Origin: a virus
Lineage: Duplodnaviria > Caudoviricetes
Direction: 5' to 3' (one strand)
IMG/VR virus record: IMGVR_UViG_3300038660_000404
Span: 1 to 52,951 of that record
Length of the DNA: 52,951 nt
The position numbers and the translations under genes are program-made. The notes beneath the pieces were generated by a model. It worked only from the letters and a program-made list of their open reading frames with translations, had not been told where the DNA came from and searched no databases. This document shows positions 1 through 8,174 of the stretch, piece by piece; position 1 is the first letter of the stretch, and every line of letters begins with the position of its first letter.

Positions 1-402
1 TCAATTTTCGGACGTGCTGATGTCCTCAAACACTGCATTTGCCTGCTCATCCCACGGCAAGGCTGAAATTTTGATCAGGTTCAATAACGTCACTGCGGGT
101 ACGTCGCGCTTGTAAACAATGCGTCGAAGAACATCGGGCGCGAGATAGGCCAGCCGCATTCGGCGGCTGACTTGCCGCTCGGAAAGTTTGACGGCAATTG
201 CCAGATCACGGACGGTTCCGAATTCGCCTGCCTCCATGCGCCGCCGCCAGGACCAGGCGCGGCCGATGGCGTGTAGGACATGCGGATCCTGTGTCTGGTC
301 TTCGCTTGGCAAGTAATTGGCGGGCGGCATAATTTTTGGCCGCCCATTTTTCTTGCGAAGTTTGAGGGGTACAAAGATCTGGATGGTGTCGGACGCGCCC
401 AT
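1..402 (-). CDS. Recombinase-associated hypothetical protein (HTH-like)
   Basis: Coupled to the recombinase (TAATG overlap); 'VRDLAIAVKLSERQVSRRMRLAYLAPD' is typical of ORFs following these serine recombinases. Confidence 0.7.
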   Translation of the reverse strand: MGASDTIQIFVPLKLRKKNGRPKIMPPANYLPSEDQTQDPHVLHAIGRAWSWRRRMEAGEFGTVRDLAIAVKLSERQVSRRMRLAYLAPDVLRRIVYKRDVPAVTLLNLIKISALPWDEQANAVFEDISTSEN

Positions 403-1724
403 TATTCTGCGGCCTCAAGCTTGCGTGGAACCATCAGGTCCCGCATGACACCTGCGATGCCGTCGGTGCGCAGGTCGATAATGAGCCCCTCGGCAGTCAC
501 GGTCACGCGCCGGACTAGTAGCTGAATGAGACGGGCTTGCTCTGCCGGAAAGAGCTGGTCCCAAAGCTGCGGAAACTGCTGGAAGGCGGCGATTGCGTCA
601 GCCTCGGGAATGTCATCCCTGTCCAATGCGGCAATGACACTCGCCGTTATTGCCGGTGTCCGAAGCACTCGGCGGATTTCGGCGATGACAGCGCTTTCGA
701 CTGTATCTGCCGGCAAACGACGCGGGATGCCATCATCTGGCGTCTCACGACTTTTCAGCAGGTCCATCGACACATAGTACCGGTACCGGCGACTTCCTTT
801 TTTCGTACTTGACGGCGTCATCGCCGCACCTGTGGCTGTGAAGATTAGGCCCTTCAACAGTGCAGGTGTCTGCGTACGGGTGTTGTTCGCCCGCTTGCGT
901 GGGCTTTCGCCGAAGATGTCATGCACCTGATCCCAAAGCCGCTCATCGATAATTGCGGTATGCTCGCCGGGATAGGCTTTGCCCTTGTGGACAGCCAGGC
1001 CGCGGTAGACGCGGTTATTGAGCATCCGGTACAGGTACCCTTTGTCGATGAGGGTGCCGCGCTTGTTTCGAAAGCCTTCCTTTCTCAAGTTTTTGGCCAG
1101 GATGGTTGCTGAACCGATTTCGACAAAGCGCTTAAAAACCATTTGGACGCGAGCAGCTTCGTCCTCGTTCACCAGCAATTTGCGATCCTTCACGTCATAT
1201 CCGATGGGGACTGGGCCGCCCATCCAGATGCCCTTCATGCGCGAGGCCTTCACTTTGTCGCGGATGCGTTCGGCGGTGACCTCCCGTTCGAACTGAGCAA
1301 ACGACAGCAGGATGTTCAGGGTCAGCCGCCCCATGGAGGTGGTTGTGTTGAACGATTGCGTGACCGACACGAAGGTAACGCCGTTTCGGTCAAAGACCTC
1401 GACCAGCTTGGAAAAGTCCATCAGCGAGCGCGACAACCGATCAATTTTGTAGACGACAACCACGTCGATCAGCCCATCCTCGATATCGGCCAGCAGTTGC
1501 TGCAGGCCTGGGCGTACCAACGTGCCGCCCGAGATCCCGCCATCATCATACTGGTCACGCACCAGCGCCCAGCCTTCCGACTTCTGACTGGCGATATAGG
1601 CCTCGCAGGCTTCCCGCTGCGCATGGAGCGAGTTGAACTCCTGCTCGAGCCCTTCCTCGCTGGATTTGCGCGTGTAGATGGCGCAGCGCAGACGGCGGGC
1701 CGGTTTTGGGGGCGCATCAATCAT
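402..1724 (-). CDS. Large serine recombinase (integrase)
   Basis: Resolvase motifs CAIYTRKS (catalytic Ser), DGGISG, RPGLQQLL, VVYKIDRLSRS, followed by a recombinase domain (G..PIGY, Y.G). Confidence 0.95.
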   Translation of the reverse strand: MIDAPPKPARRLRCAIYTRKSSEEGLEQEFNSLHAQREACEAYIASQKSEGWALVRDQYDDGGISGGTLVRPGLQQLLADIEDGLIDVVVVYKIDRLSRSLMDFSKLVEVFDRNGVTFVSVTQSFNTTTSMGRLTLNILLSFAQFEREVTAERIRDKVKASRMKGIWMGGPVPIGYDVKDRKLLVNEDEAARVQMVFKRFVEIGSATILAKNLRKEGFRNKRGTLIDKGYLYRMLNNRVYRGLAVHKGKAYPGEHTAIIDERLWDQVHDIFGESPRKRANNTRTQTPALLKGLIFTATGAAMTPSSTKKGSRRYRYYVSMDLLKSRETPDDGIPRRLPADTVESAVIAEIRRVLRTPAITASVIAALDRDDIPEADAIAAFQQFPQLWDQLFPAEQARLIQLLVRRVTVTAEGLIIDLRTDGIAGVMRDLMVPRKLEAAE

Positions 1725-2176
1725 GCTTCACCCCGCTTTCGCTCACGGAGCCCAAAAAAGCGGTATCCGTTCCAACGCGTGCCGGTGATGGCACGCGCCA
1801 GTGCCGAAAGCGATTTGTAGTGGCGGCCATCCCATTCGAAGCCTTCCTTCAGAACGGTGACCGTGTGGGCAACTCCGTCCCATTCGCGGATCAGCTTCGT
1901 GCCGACCACAGGATTGCGGGGATCCGCAATCTGGGCCTTGCGCGTCAGCGTCCCCTCGACCTCGTCAGCGAGCAGATCGAGCAATCGCCGTGTCTGTTTG
2001 TCAGGGCCGCCGTAGGTCAGCTCCTGAATGCGGTAAGCTAAGCGGCCTTCCAGAAAGCCGCGGCTGTTGTTTGGGGCGGGCGCGTCAAATAGCGCCCGCC
2101 ATTCTGCTTTCAGCTCGTTGACGGTCATGTGCTTTAGCGCCGCCAATCGTGCCAGGACGGGTTCGTGTGTCGTCAT
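1721..2176 (-). CDS. DUF2924 family protein
   Basis: LAYRIQEL.YGG, GTKLIREWDG, YKSLSALARAITGTRWNGYRFFGL; overlaps the recombinase start. Confidence 0.9.
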   Translation of the reverse strand: MTTHEPVLARLAALKHMTVNELKAEWRALFDAPAPNNSRGFLEGRLAYRIQELTYGGPDKQTRRLLDLLADEVEGTLTRKAQIADPRNPVVGTKLIREWDGVAHTVTVLKEGFEWDGRHYKSLSALARAITGTRWNGYRFFGLRERKRGEA

Positions 2177-2376
2177 GCGGATCTCCTCTGAGTTGGACCC
2201 GCAGTACCGCTCTGTTCTGGTCGGAAGTGTAGCGAACTATCTCTACTTTCGGCGAACGTATCGTGGTGATCGCGCTGCACCAGGCGCACCACAGCTGTCG
2301 CGAGCAGACCGTTCAGCTCATTGCGGCGTTCATGCCCCGTCATGCGGTCGGGGTGATGGGGGTTGCAATGGTTCAT
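2173..2376 (-). CDS. Small hypothetical protein upstream of DUF2924
   Basis: ORF MNHCNPHH..., ATGA overlap with DUF2924. Confidence 0.6.
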   Translation of the reverse strand: MNHCNPHHPDRMTGHERRNELNGLLATAVVRLVQRDHHDTFAESRDSSLHFRPEQSGTAGPTQRRSA

Positions 2377-2548
2377 GTTTTTTCTCGTGGCTCTGCTTTT
2401 TGATGTTCTCTCACAATGATTTTCTGCAAGCGCGCAGCGATGGCATCGCGGTCTTTCGCTTGCCAACGTCGCCGGTAGAGGTCGCGCTCGAGGATGTCTT
2501 CAGCGTCCTGCTCAAGGCGCTTTTCAAGTCGCGCATTTGTATTGGGGA

Positions 2549-2875
2549 TCATTGCTGGATTTCCTTATCTGCCTGTGGCGCGATCTGGTGCTGCAGTTCA
2601 CCTTCCTCAGAAAGCGTGATGATGATCAGGTCGCTGGGCAGCTGTCGCCAGAGCAAGACGGTTGCCACAGATTCCTCGTTGCCCGAGCGTTCTGCGGTAT
2701 TGCACCATTCCAACACGCGGCCGATTGTGTCGGGCAGATCATCCGGTGCGCGCGCGTTGATTTTTCCGATGACATTGGCAATTTCATCCTCGTGCCAATC
2801 AATACCGATTTCACGGCACCAACTTACGATGTCATTCCACAAATCAGGGGCATCGCGGCGCAAGCTTTTGTTCAT
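2549..2875 (-). CDS. Hypothetical protein
   Basis: ORF with AGGAG RBS in the leftward operon. Confidence 0.6.
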   Translation of the reverse strand: MNKSLRRDAPDLWNDIVSWCREIGIDWHEDEIANVIGKINARAPDDLPDTIGRVLEWCNTAERSGNEESVATVLLWRQLPSDLIIITLSEEGELQHQIAPQADKEIQQ

Positions 2876-2897
2876 GTTTTCTCTCCTTGAAGCGTGA

Positions 2898-3422
2898 TTA
2901 GGCCGGTGACGTGACGGCATCTTCTTTTCCGCGCAGCATGTGGCTGGCGACCAAAATCTTCTCGATCTCCGGCCAATGGTCGCTGGCCTCTATCCACGGG
3001 ACGAGGTGGTCACGGACATAGGTCATCGTGTCGTCCATGAAGGCGGAGAATTCATCCCCGTCCATTGAGGCGAAGCTGATCGACACCGGTCGCGCGACGA
3101 TCGCGATCGCACCCTCCGGGATGTTGTGCCTGGCCCGTTCCGACCGCGTCATATTGCGGTTCCGGGTGCGTCCGGTTGCCACCAGCAGGTCGTCTTTGAT
3201 GTTCTCCGCCGTCCATTCGGCGCTGGTCGGTCCATCGTTCAGGGCCTTGGCCACGTAGGTCAAAAAGGCCCAGAACAGGCGGTGCTGCTTGCCGTTGCGC
3301 GGCCGCGTGGGTTCGATCTTGTAGAGCGCGCCAAACTTGAGCTTCTCGATCGCCAGCTGACCCGCTTTTGAGGATGGGACCAGCATATGGTCAAACCGGT
3401 GCACAAAAAACGCATAAGCCAT
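2898..3422 (-). CDS. DUF1367/NinB-like phage protein
   Basis: RPRN..QHRLFWAFL and SISFASMD..EF motifs; coupled to the upstream ORF. Confidence 0.6.
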   Translation of the reverse strand: MAYAFFVHRFDHMLVPSSKAGQLAIEKLKFGALYKIEPTRPRNGKQHRLFWAFLTYVAKALNDGPTSAEWTAENIKDDLLVATGRTRNRNMTRSERARHNIPEGAIAIVARPVSISFASMDGDEFSAFMDDTMTYVRDHLVPWIEASDHWPEIEKILVASHMLRGKEDAVTSPA

Positions 3423-3616
3423 CACACCAACCCCACTTTTGTCGCAAGCCACTCCGGCAAGGCGACCGTTTTGACACCAGGGTTGTTGGTCGCACTCACC
3501 TCGACCAAGGCGAGGGGCAGCCAGACTGCCGCGTCGCTGTCGCCGGTGTGCACCAGGACCGCGCGCTCCGTGAGGGCGACAATTTCCACGTCGATATAGG
3601 TAAGCGCGTCATTCAT
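3422..3616 (-). CDS. Small hypothetical phage protein
   Basis: 64 aa, TERAVLV...VWLP...LPEWLA..GLV; coupled on both sides. Confidence 0.7.
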   Translation of the reverse strand: MNDALTYIDVEIVALTERAVLVHTGDSDAAVWLPLALVEVSATNNPGVKTVALPEWLATKVGLV

Positions 3617-3849
3617 GATCTTTTGATCCTTTCCCGTGGTGGCATCCGCAGCACCTCGATTGCGCGCGACCTGTGGCGGAGGCGGCGGATGAAGCCGCGC
3701 TCTTCAAGCGCATCGAGCAGGCGATGGATATTGGACTTGCTGGCGACATTCAGGGCGTCGGCCATCTCCTCGAATGAGGGGGCGTATCCGTGTTCTTCAG
3801 TGTATTTTGCGAGGAACACCCAGCAGTCGTTCTGGCGCGGCGTCAGCAT
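3613..3849 (-). CDS. LexA N-terminal DNA-binding-domain-only protein (78 aa)
   Basis: MLTPRQ...GYAPSFEEMADALNVASKSNIHRLLDALEERGFIRR..RSRAIEV matches the alphaproteobacterial LexA winged helix; no peptidase domain; GGAGG RBS. Confidence 0.88.
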   Translation of the reverse strand: MLTPRQNDCWVFLAKYTEEHGYAPSFEEMADALNVASKSNIHRLLDALEERGFIRRLRHRSRAIEVLRMPPRERIKRS

Positions 3850-4229
3850 CGCTCCGCCTCCCGGTCCGGATGGCCCAGCAAGCCGCCGTCTCTGATCCAT
3901 CCGGTCAGGTGCTCCCGGCTGCCAAAGCATCCGCCGGGGGCATAGTTGTGCAGGAACATCGCGTATCCGAACAGGCCCGCGCGGTTTGGGTCGTCTGCCC
4001 GGCGGCAGGCCTCGAAATAGTCGCCCACAATGATCGCCTGAATGAACGATCCGGGCCGCACGCCCAAAAGGACATACCGCACCATGCCCGCGTGCATGTG
4101 ACGTGGGAGCCATCGGTCCAGCCCTGTGCCCCATTCCGAGCGGGTGATCCGATCGTAGGTGCCCGCTGGGTCAGCCTCAATGTCCAAGGCGATCTGGTGG
4201 CGGTCGATCTCTTGCGTCTGTGCCGTCAT
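3843..4229 (-). CDS. Hypothetical phage protein
   Basis: 128 aa ORF coupled to both neighbours. Confidence 0.7.
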   Translation of the reverse strand: MTAQTQEIDRHQIALDIEADPAGTYDRITRSEWGTGLDRWLPRHMHAGMVRYVLLGVRPGSFIQAIIVGDYFEACRRADDPNRAGLFGYAMFLHNYAPGGCFGSREHLTGWIRDGGLLGHPDREAERC

Positions 4230-5380
4230 GCTCCACCCCTCCCAGCATTGGTCGCAGCGATGTTGATGTCAGCCTGTGCCTGCTCCGAGAGCGTCGCGAT
4301 CTGGTCCTGCCAAAGCGACATGACGGCGTCGGCGGCGTCTGCGCTGTCGGCTTCCGCCAGATCGGACATGATCCGCGCAATTAAGCCCGCCGATGCTTCC
4401 TCGGCCATGTCGCGCTCTGCCGTCTTGGGGTCTGGCTTCTTCTCGGGCAGGGGCTTCTGTTCGGCCGCCGCTGGCTTGGCCTGCTTTTGGACTGGCGTCG
4501 GCTCTTCCTCGCCCTTCGCATCGTCCGCCTTCTCATCCGCGCCCTGATCCGCGTCCAACTCAGTGGCCTCACCATCGATCGTGCGGTTGTCCTCGTCGTC
4601 CGGGGTCGCGTCGAGCTGCTCGGCCGGGTTTATCGCGAAGGCCGCGAAGTCCGCCTTGCCGCCGTCGACCGTCAGCGCATCGCGGAATTCCACCGAGAGC
4701 GGCAGGTATTTCGCCAGTGCCCGGATGGCGGTCTTTTTCGCCATCTCGTCTTCATGGCTTTTCCACGGGTTGCGATCCGTCGCGCCAAACTTCACGGCCG
4801 TCTGCCAGCCCTGCGACCCATCCCTGATCTTCATGACTTTGGCCCAAGGCAGGACCACGTAGGCGTGCCCGCCGTCGCGGAATTTGGCGATGGCGTAGGC
4901 GTGGCGCTTGTCGCCCTCCTGTGCGCCGGGGATATGGCGCAGCCGCGCTTCGGTGCCTTCCTCGTATTCCCAGACCTCGTCGTCAGAATAGTGGATGTTG
5001 GCGGAGATCGACGTGATGTGTCCGGACCGGCGCGCAAGATCGATCAGGCCCTTATAGCCGACGACCAGCTGGACCTCGGTGATCTTTTTACGGTTGTTCC
5101 TAAACGGGATCAGATAGGCGTGGCCCATGATCGTGTTCGGCTCCAGCCCGAGCCCCGCACAGGTCATCAGCCCGCCGAGTAAGCTCATGGGATCGCATTC
5201 GCCCAGTTTCGGGGTGGTCCGGATCGCGTTCGCCATCAGCCGCATCATCCGCTCGGGCTTCATATGCGCCGCCGCGACCTGCTGCAGCTGGGTCTTGGCG
5301 GCGTCGTTCCACAGCAGCTCCTTGACGTTGGTTACCTGCGTCAGCGGCTTGGTTTTGATCTTCTCAATAGCGGTGATCAC
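4226..5380 (-). CDS. recT: RecT family single-strand annealing protein
   Basis: GLEP...GHAYLIPF, GYKGLIDLARRSG, EMAKKTAIRALAKYLPLS. Confidence 0.93.
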   Translation of the reverse strand: MITAIEKIKTKPLTQVTNVKELLWNDAAKTQLQQVAAAHMKPERMMRLMANAIRTTPKLGECDPMSLLGGLMTCAGLGLEPNTIMGHAYLIPFRNNRKKITEVQLVVGYKGLIDLARRSGHITSISANIHYSDDEVWEYEEGTEARLRHIPGAQEGDKRHAYAIAKFRDGGHAYVVLPWAKVMKIRDGSQGWQTAVKFGATDRNPWKSHEDEMAKKTAIRALAKYLPLSVEFRDALTVDGGKADFAAFAINPAEQLDATPDDEDNRTIDGEATELDADQGADEKADDAKGEEEPTPVQKQAKPAAAEQKPLPEKKPDPKTAERDMAEEASAGLIARIMSDLAEADSADAADAVMSLWQDQIATLSEQAQADINIAATNAGRGGA

Positions 5381-6126
5381 AGCTTTTGCTCCTCAATGAT
5401 GTCGATGCCGGGGATGGTGATCTTCGCGCCCTTGGCCGCGCGAATGTCGGCATTGGCGAGGCGCGTGATGCACTCGGCCAGATCGGCGTGGCCGCGGTAG
5501 TGCAGCATCGCCTGATTGATGTTTGTGATCTGGGCGGAGCGGTGGGTGCGCAGGCCGGTCCGGTTGGACCCGGTGCCGGTTGCGGAGCTGACTTTGGCTC
5601 GAGCGGGGGCCGCCGCCACCTTGGCTGCCTCAGCGGCCTCCTTGGCCTTCTCCTCCGCCTCGAGGATCGCTGCGGCATTGCGGTTGCGCTCGGCGATCAG
5701 GCGCTCGCGCTCGGCCTCCTCGGCGGCCTTGCGCGCGGCTTCCTGTTCGGCACGGCGTCGCTCCTCGGCGATCCGCTGCTGTTCCTTGAGGTAGGTTTCG
5801 AGCGGGGCCTTCGCGAGCTTGCCAGCCTTTTCGATGATGTCCTTCACGCGGTTGAAGGCCGTGTCTACATCGCGCCCAGCATCAAGGAACGGCTGCTTTT
5901 CTGCCTTGCGGCGATCCTCGATCTCCTTGAGCTTTGCCCGTGCGGTATCGAGGAAGTCCTTCAGTTCGCCCGCCTTGGTGTCACTCGCGATCTCGACGCC
6001 TGCCCACTCGCTGGCCGCGTCCGCGATCTCGGTCGCCTCTTTGACAAATGCGTCGACCACATCGGCGTCGAACATCGGCCCCTTGTTGTGGCCCACTGCA
6101 GCAGGGGTAAAATCGTCCATATTCAC
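5377..6126 (-). CDS. Coiled-coil phage protein
   Basis: GHN N-terminal motif, E/A/R-rich helix, C-terminal IPGI; coupled to recT. Confidence 0.75.
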   Translation of the reverse strand: MNMDDFTPAAVGHNKGPMFDADVVDAFVKEATEIADAASEWAGVEIASDTKAGELKDFLDTARAKLKEIEDRRKAEKQPFLDAGRDVDTAFNRVKDIIEKAGKLAKAPLETYLKEQQRIAEERRRAEQEAARKAAEEAERERLIAERNRNAAAILEAEEKAKEAAEAAKVAAAPARAKVSSATGTGSNRTGLRTHRSAQITNINQAMLHYRGHADLAECITRLANADIRAAKGAKITIPGIDIIEEQKL

Positions 6127-6329
6127 AGTCCCCCTTCGGCCAGAACGGCAACGATCGGCTTGCAGGCGAATGACGGCTTCGGAACATCGACCGCTACGAC
6201 GCTGACGGTTTTGGTTCCGTCCTTGCTGTCGACCTTCACCATGTCACCGGGGTGGAGCGGTTGCGCGCCATCGTAGGTGTATGTGTAGGTGCGGCTGTCC
6301 CGCGGTTGGAATTTGACAGATACAAACAT
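6123..6329 (-). CDS. Small hypothetical protein
   Basis: 68 aa beta-rich ORF with RBS, coupled to the next gene. Confidence 0.7.
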   Translation of the reverse strand: MFVSVKFQPRDSRTYTYTYDGAQPLHPGDMVKVDSKDGTKTVSVVAVDVPKPSFACKPIVAVLAEGGL

Positions 6330-6340
6330 TCAGTTCCCTT

Positions 6341-6748
6341 TCATGGTCTGATTTGACCCGCGCGCAGCCGGATCGGGGCATGGGTCGCCGCCATCTCGGG
6401 ATGGCGACGCTGAAGATCTTGGAGGTCGAGGTATTCAGCTCGGCTGATCGGGTTCTTGCAGATCGACAGCCAGGCCCGAGCGGGATCGCGGCGCTCGCCG
6501 TTCACCTCGCAGACAAGGCGTTCGTCGCTGGTCAGCTCGCCGTTCGCGTCCACATCACGCTGGATGGAAATCGACGCTGGGACGAAGGGACCGCCCTTGA
6601 CCAGCCGGGTGCGATACCAGCCACATTGCGGCTCCCCTTCGTGGATCGCGACCTGCCGACCAGTCAGCGCGGCGCGGTGCCACGCATAGAGCTGCAAAAC
6701 CGAAGTTGGTTGCCGGATCATAGCTGATGGGTCCTTGAGAAAAATCAA
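6341..6748 (-). CDS. Hypothetical phage protein
   Basis: PQCGWYRTRLVKGGPFVPA motif; start uncertain. Confidence 0.7.
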   Translation of the reverse strand: MIFLKDPSAMIRQPTSVLQLYAWHRAALTGRQVAIHEGEPQCGWYRTRLVKGGPFVPASISIQRDVDANGELTSDERLVCEVNGERRDPARAWLSICKNPISRAEYLDLQDLQRRHPEMAATHAPIRLRAGQIRP

Positions 6749-6906
6749 TTCAGGCCGAGGCCGTGACCGATCAGGAGCAGCATGTAGCCGGTCGCGAAGA
6801 TCGAAATCGTGCCGATCAGGTCGCCGACAAAGTCGCCCACCGCGCGCCAGTTGATGCGCTGGTGGTCGCCGCTCGGGATTGTGGATTTGGAAAGGTTCGT
6901 GAACAC
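6745..6906 (-). CDS. 53-aa membrane protein, first gene of the leftward operon (not in ORF track)
   Basis: GTG start with GGAGG RBS; MFTNLSKSTIPSGDHQRINWRAVGDFVGDLIGTISIFATGYMLLLIGHGLGLN; one hydrophobic segment. Confidence 0.65.
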   Translation of the reverse strand: MFTNLSKSTIPSGDHQRINWRAVGDFVGDLIGTISIFATGYMLLLIGHGLGLN

Positions 6907-6908
6907 TT

Positions 6909-6923
6909 GTTCCTCCGTTGTTC
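6909..6923. promoter_or_regulatory. Alphaproteobacterial LexA (SOS) box
   Basis: Perfect GTTC-CTCCGTT-GTTC just downstream of predicted PL, overlapping the first RBS. Confidence 0.55.
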
Positions 6924-6930
6924 TAGGGGG

Positions 6931-6983
6931 ACATTAGTTCACAAATAGTGGATAACTCAAGCATAAATTCACATACAGTGGAT
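6931..6983 (-). promoter_or_regulatory. PL promoter with two OL operators
   Basis: Minus strand TTGAGT-N17-CTAATG; operators GTTCAC-N5-GTGGAT (6937-6953) and ATTCAC-N5-GTGGAT (6967-6983). Confidence 0.75.
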
Positions 6984-7016
6984 TTTAATTTTCTATCTAG
7001 ACTGACAGCGCGGCGT

Positions 7017-7031
7017 GTTGCTAATTTGTTC
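7017..7031 (+). promoter_or_regulatory. Second SOS box (one mismatch) over a predicted -10 element
   Basis: GTTG-CTAATTT-GTTC, 2 nt before ATG 7034; TAGACT -35-like hexamer at 6998-7003. Confidence 0.5.
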
Positions 7032-7033
7032 TC

Positions 7034-7225
7034 ATGATGAAGTGGCGCGAACATGCTGAAGTTGACGTCCGTCTCGACCGAATGATCGAGGTCGCGGACC
7101 TTCTGGACGTTCCGCTGGATCACGTCGTCCAGCACATGGGCTGGTGCGATCAGAGCGACTTCCGCAGGCTCTCTGACAACCCGTCGCTTCTTCCGCGGTA
7201 CACGAAGTCGAGTGTTAGCCCGTAG
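7034..7225 (+). CDS. 63-aa ORF convergent with cI; candidate antirepressor
   Basis: Leaderless-type ATG behind an SOS-like box; VRLDRMIEVADLLDVPLDHVV resembles XRE C-terminal helices. Confidence 0.45.
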   Translation: MMKWREHAEVDVRLDRMIEVADLLDVPLDHVVQHMGWCDQSDFRRLSDNPSLLPRYTKSSVSP

Positions 7226-7407
7226 CGAGTGCAAAGCTCCATCGCGCATTCAATGGGAATGCGGCGTTTGCCCTTCTCCCAGTTGTTGTACTGGGTGGGG
7301 TTGAAGCGATTCTTTTCGGCCCAAGCCTTCTGGCTCTCGCTTGAAAATGCTTGGCGGATGCGCGCAAGGCGCTCACCGATCTCTTGGTATTCTGGTTGGT
7401 CACTCAT
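7150..7407 (-). CDS. XRE-family HTH repressor (CI-like, no peptidase domain)
   Basis: IGERLARIR...SQKAWAE...QYNNWEKGKRRIP...LTLDFVYRG; divergent from cro. Confidence 0.9.
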   Translation of the reverse strand: MSDQPEYQEIGERLARIRQAFSSESQKAWAEKNRFNPTQYNNWEKGKRRIPIECAMELCTRYGLTLDFVYRGRSDGLSESLRKSL

Positions 7408-7416
7408 GACCTACTG

Positions 7417-7489
7417 ATCCACCCAATGTGAATTCCTTTGCAATCTACAAATTGTGGTCTTGTATATATCCACCAAAGGTGAATATTAC
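7417..7489. promoter_or_regulatory. OR region: three operators with divergent PR/PRM
   Basis: ATCCAC-N5-GTGAAT (7417-7433, 7468-7484) and ATCTAC-N5-GTGGTC (7443-7459); same consensus as OL; AT-rich. Confidence 0.8.
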
Positions 7490-7494
7490 TCCGC

Positions 7495-7800
7495 ATGGAT
7501 AAGGCAAAAATCATCGCAGCCCAGATCGGGCAAAGGAACATCGCGTCCGCTCTGGGGATCGGCGTGACCGCTGTCAACAACGCCGTGGTGCGGGGCAGGT
7601 TCCCCGCCACATGGTTCCCGGTAATTCGCAAGATGTGTGAGGTTGAAGGCATCATCTGCAGCGAGGACGCTTTCAATTTTAAAGCACGGCCTTGCGATCA
7701 TTCCGAAACCTTCTCTTCTTTCGAACCAAATCCTAGCGCGGAGCCTTCAGGGCGAAGGCCTGGTCATACTTCACACATGCGTATCGTTTCGCACTTATGA
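7495..7800 (+). CDS. Cro-like HTH protein
   Basis: IGQRNIASALGIGVTAVNNAVVRGRFPATW; position divergent from the repressor. Confidence 0.8.
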   Translation: MDKAKIIAAQIGQRNIASALGIGVTAVNNAVVRGRFPATWFPVIRKMCEVEGIICSEDAFNFKARPCDHSETFSSFEPNPSAEPSGRRPGHTSHMRIVSHL

Positions 7801-8174
7801 AGTCTTCATTTGCAGGAAATAAGGGTTGCGCCGGAATTTTGTCGTTAGCAATCAGCAGCTTGATCGGCTGCACGCGTGGGCGACCGGTCGAAAAGTGGAT
7901 GCACAAGCGTTTTTCTGAATATCGGGGTATTGGTGAGTGGTTCAGCGTTCATCCTGACATGCTTTCAACCGTTCCGCCTGATGTGGTGCCGCGCGTTGAG
8001 AAGCTGGTGACACGCCGTGACGTCCGCTTGTCGCTCAAAGAGCGATTTCTTGCGGTTGAAATGCAGCGCGAAGGACTGGGGCTTTCGTTAACCGAAGCGC
8101 TCGTGTTGCTGGTAGCGCATATGGCCGATTTGGAAGCGCTGACCGCGTTGGGAATGATCGGCGGTGGGGCATGA
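7797..8174 (+). pseudogene. Probable N-truncated GIY-YIG/T5orf172-like protein
   Basis: Retains E..MH.RF..YR..GEWF but lacks the N-terminal GIY/KIG motifs. Confidence 0.45.

Noticed and set aside
1-60. attL/attR direct repeats at the window ends
   Set aside because: The window starts and ends at stop codons; no matching terminal repeat seen
3850-4134. N-terminal extension of the LexA-like ORF
   Set aside because: Overlaps ORF 3843-4229; RBS and homology point to ATG 3849
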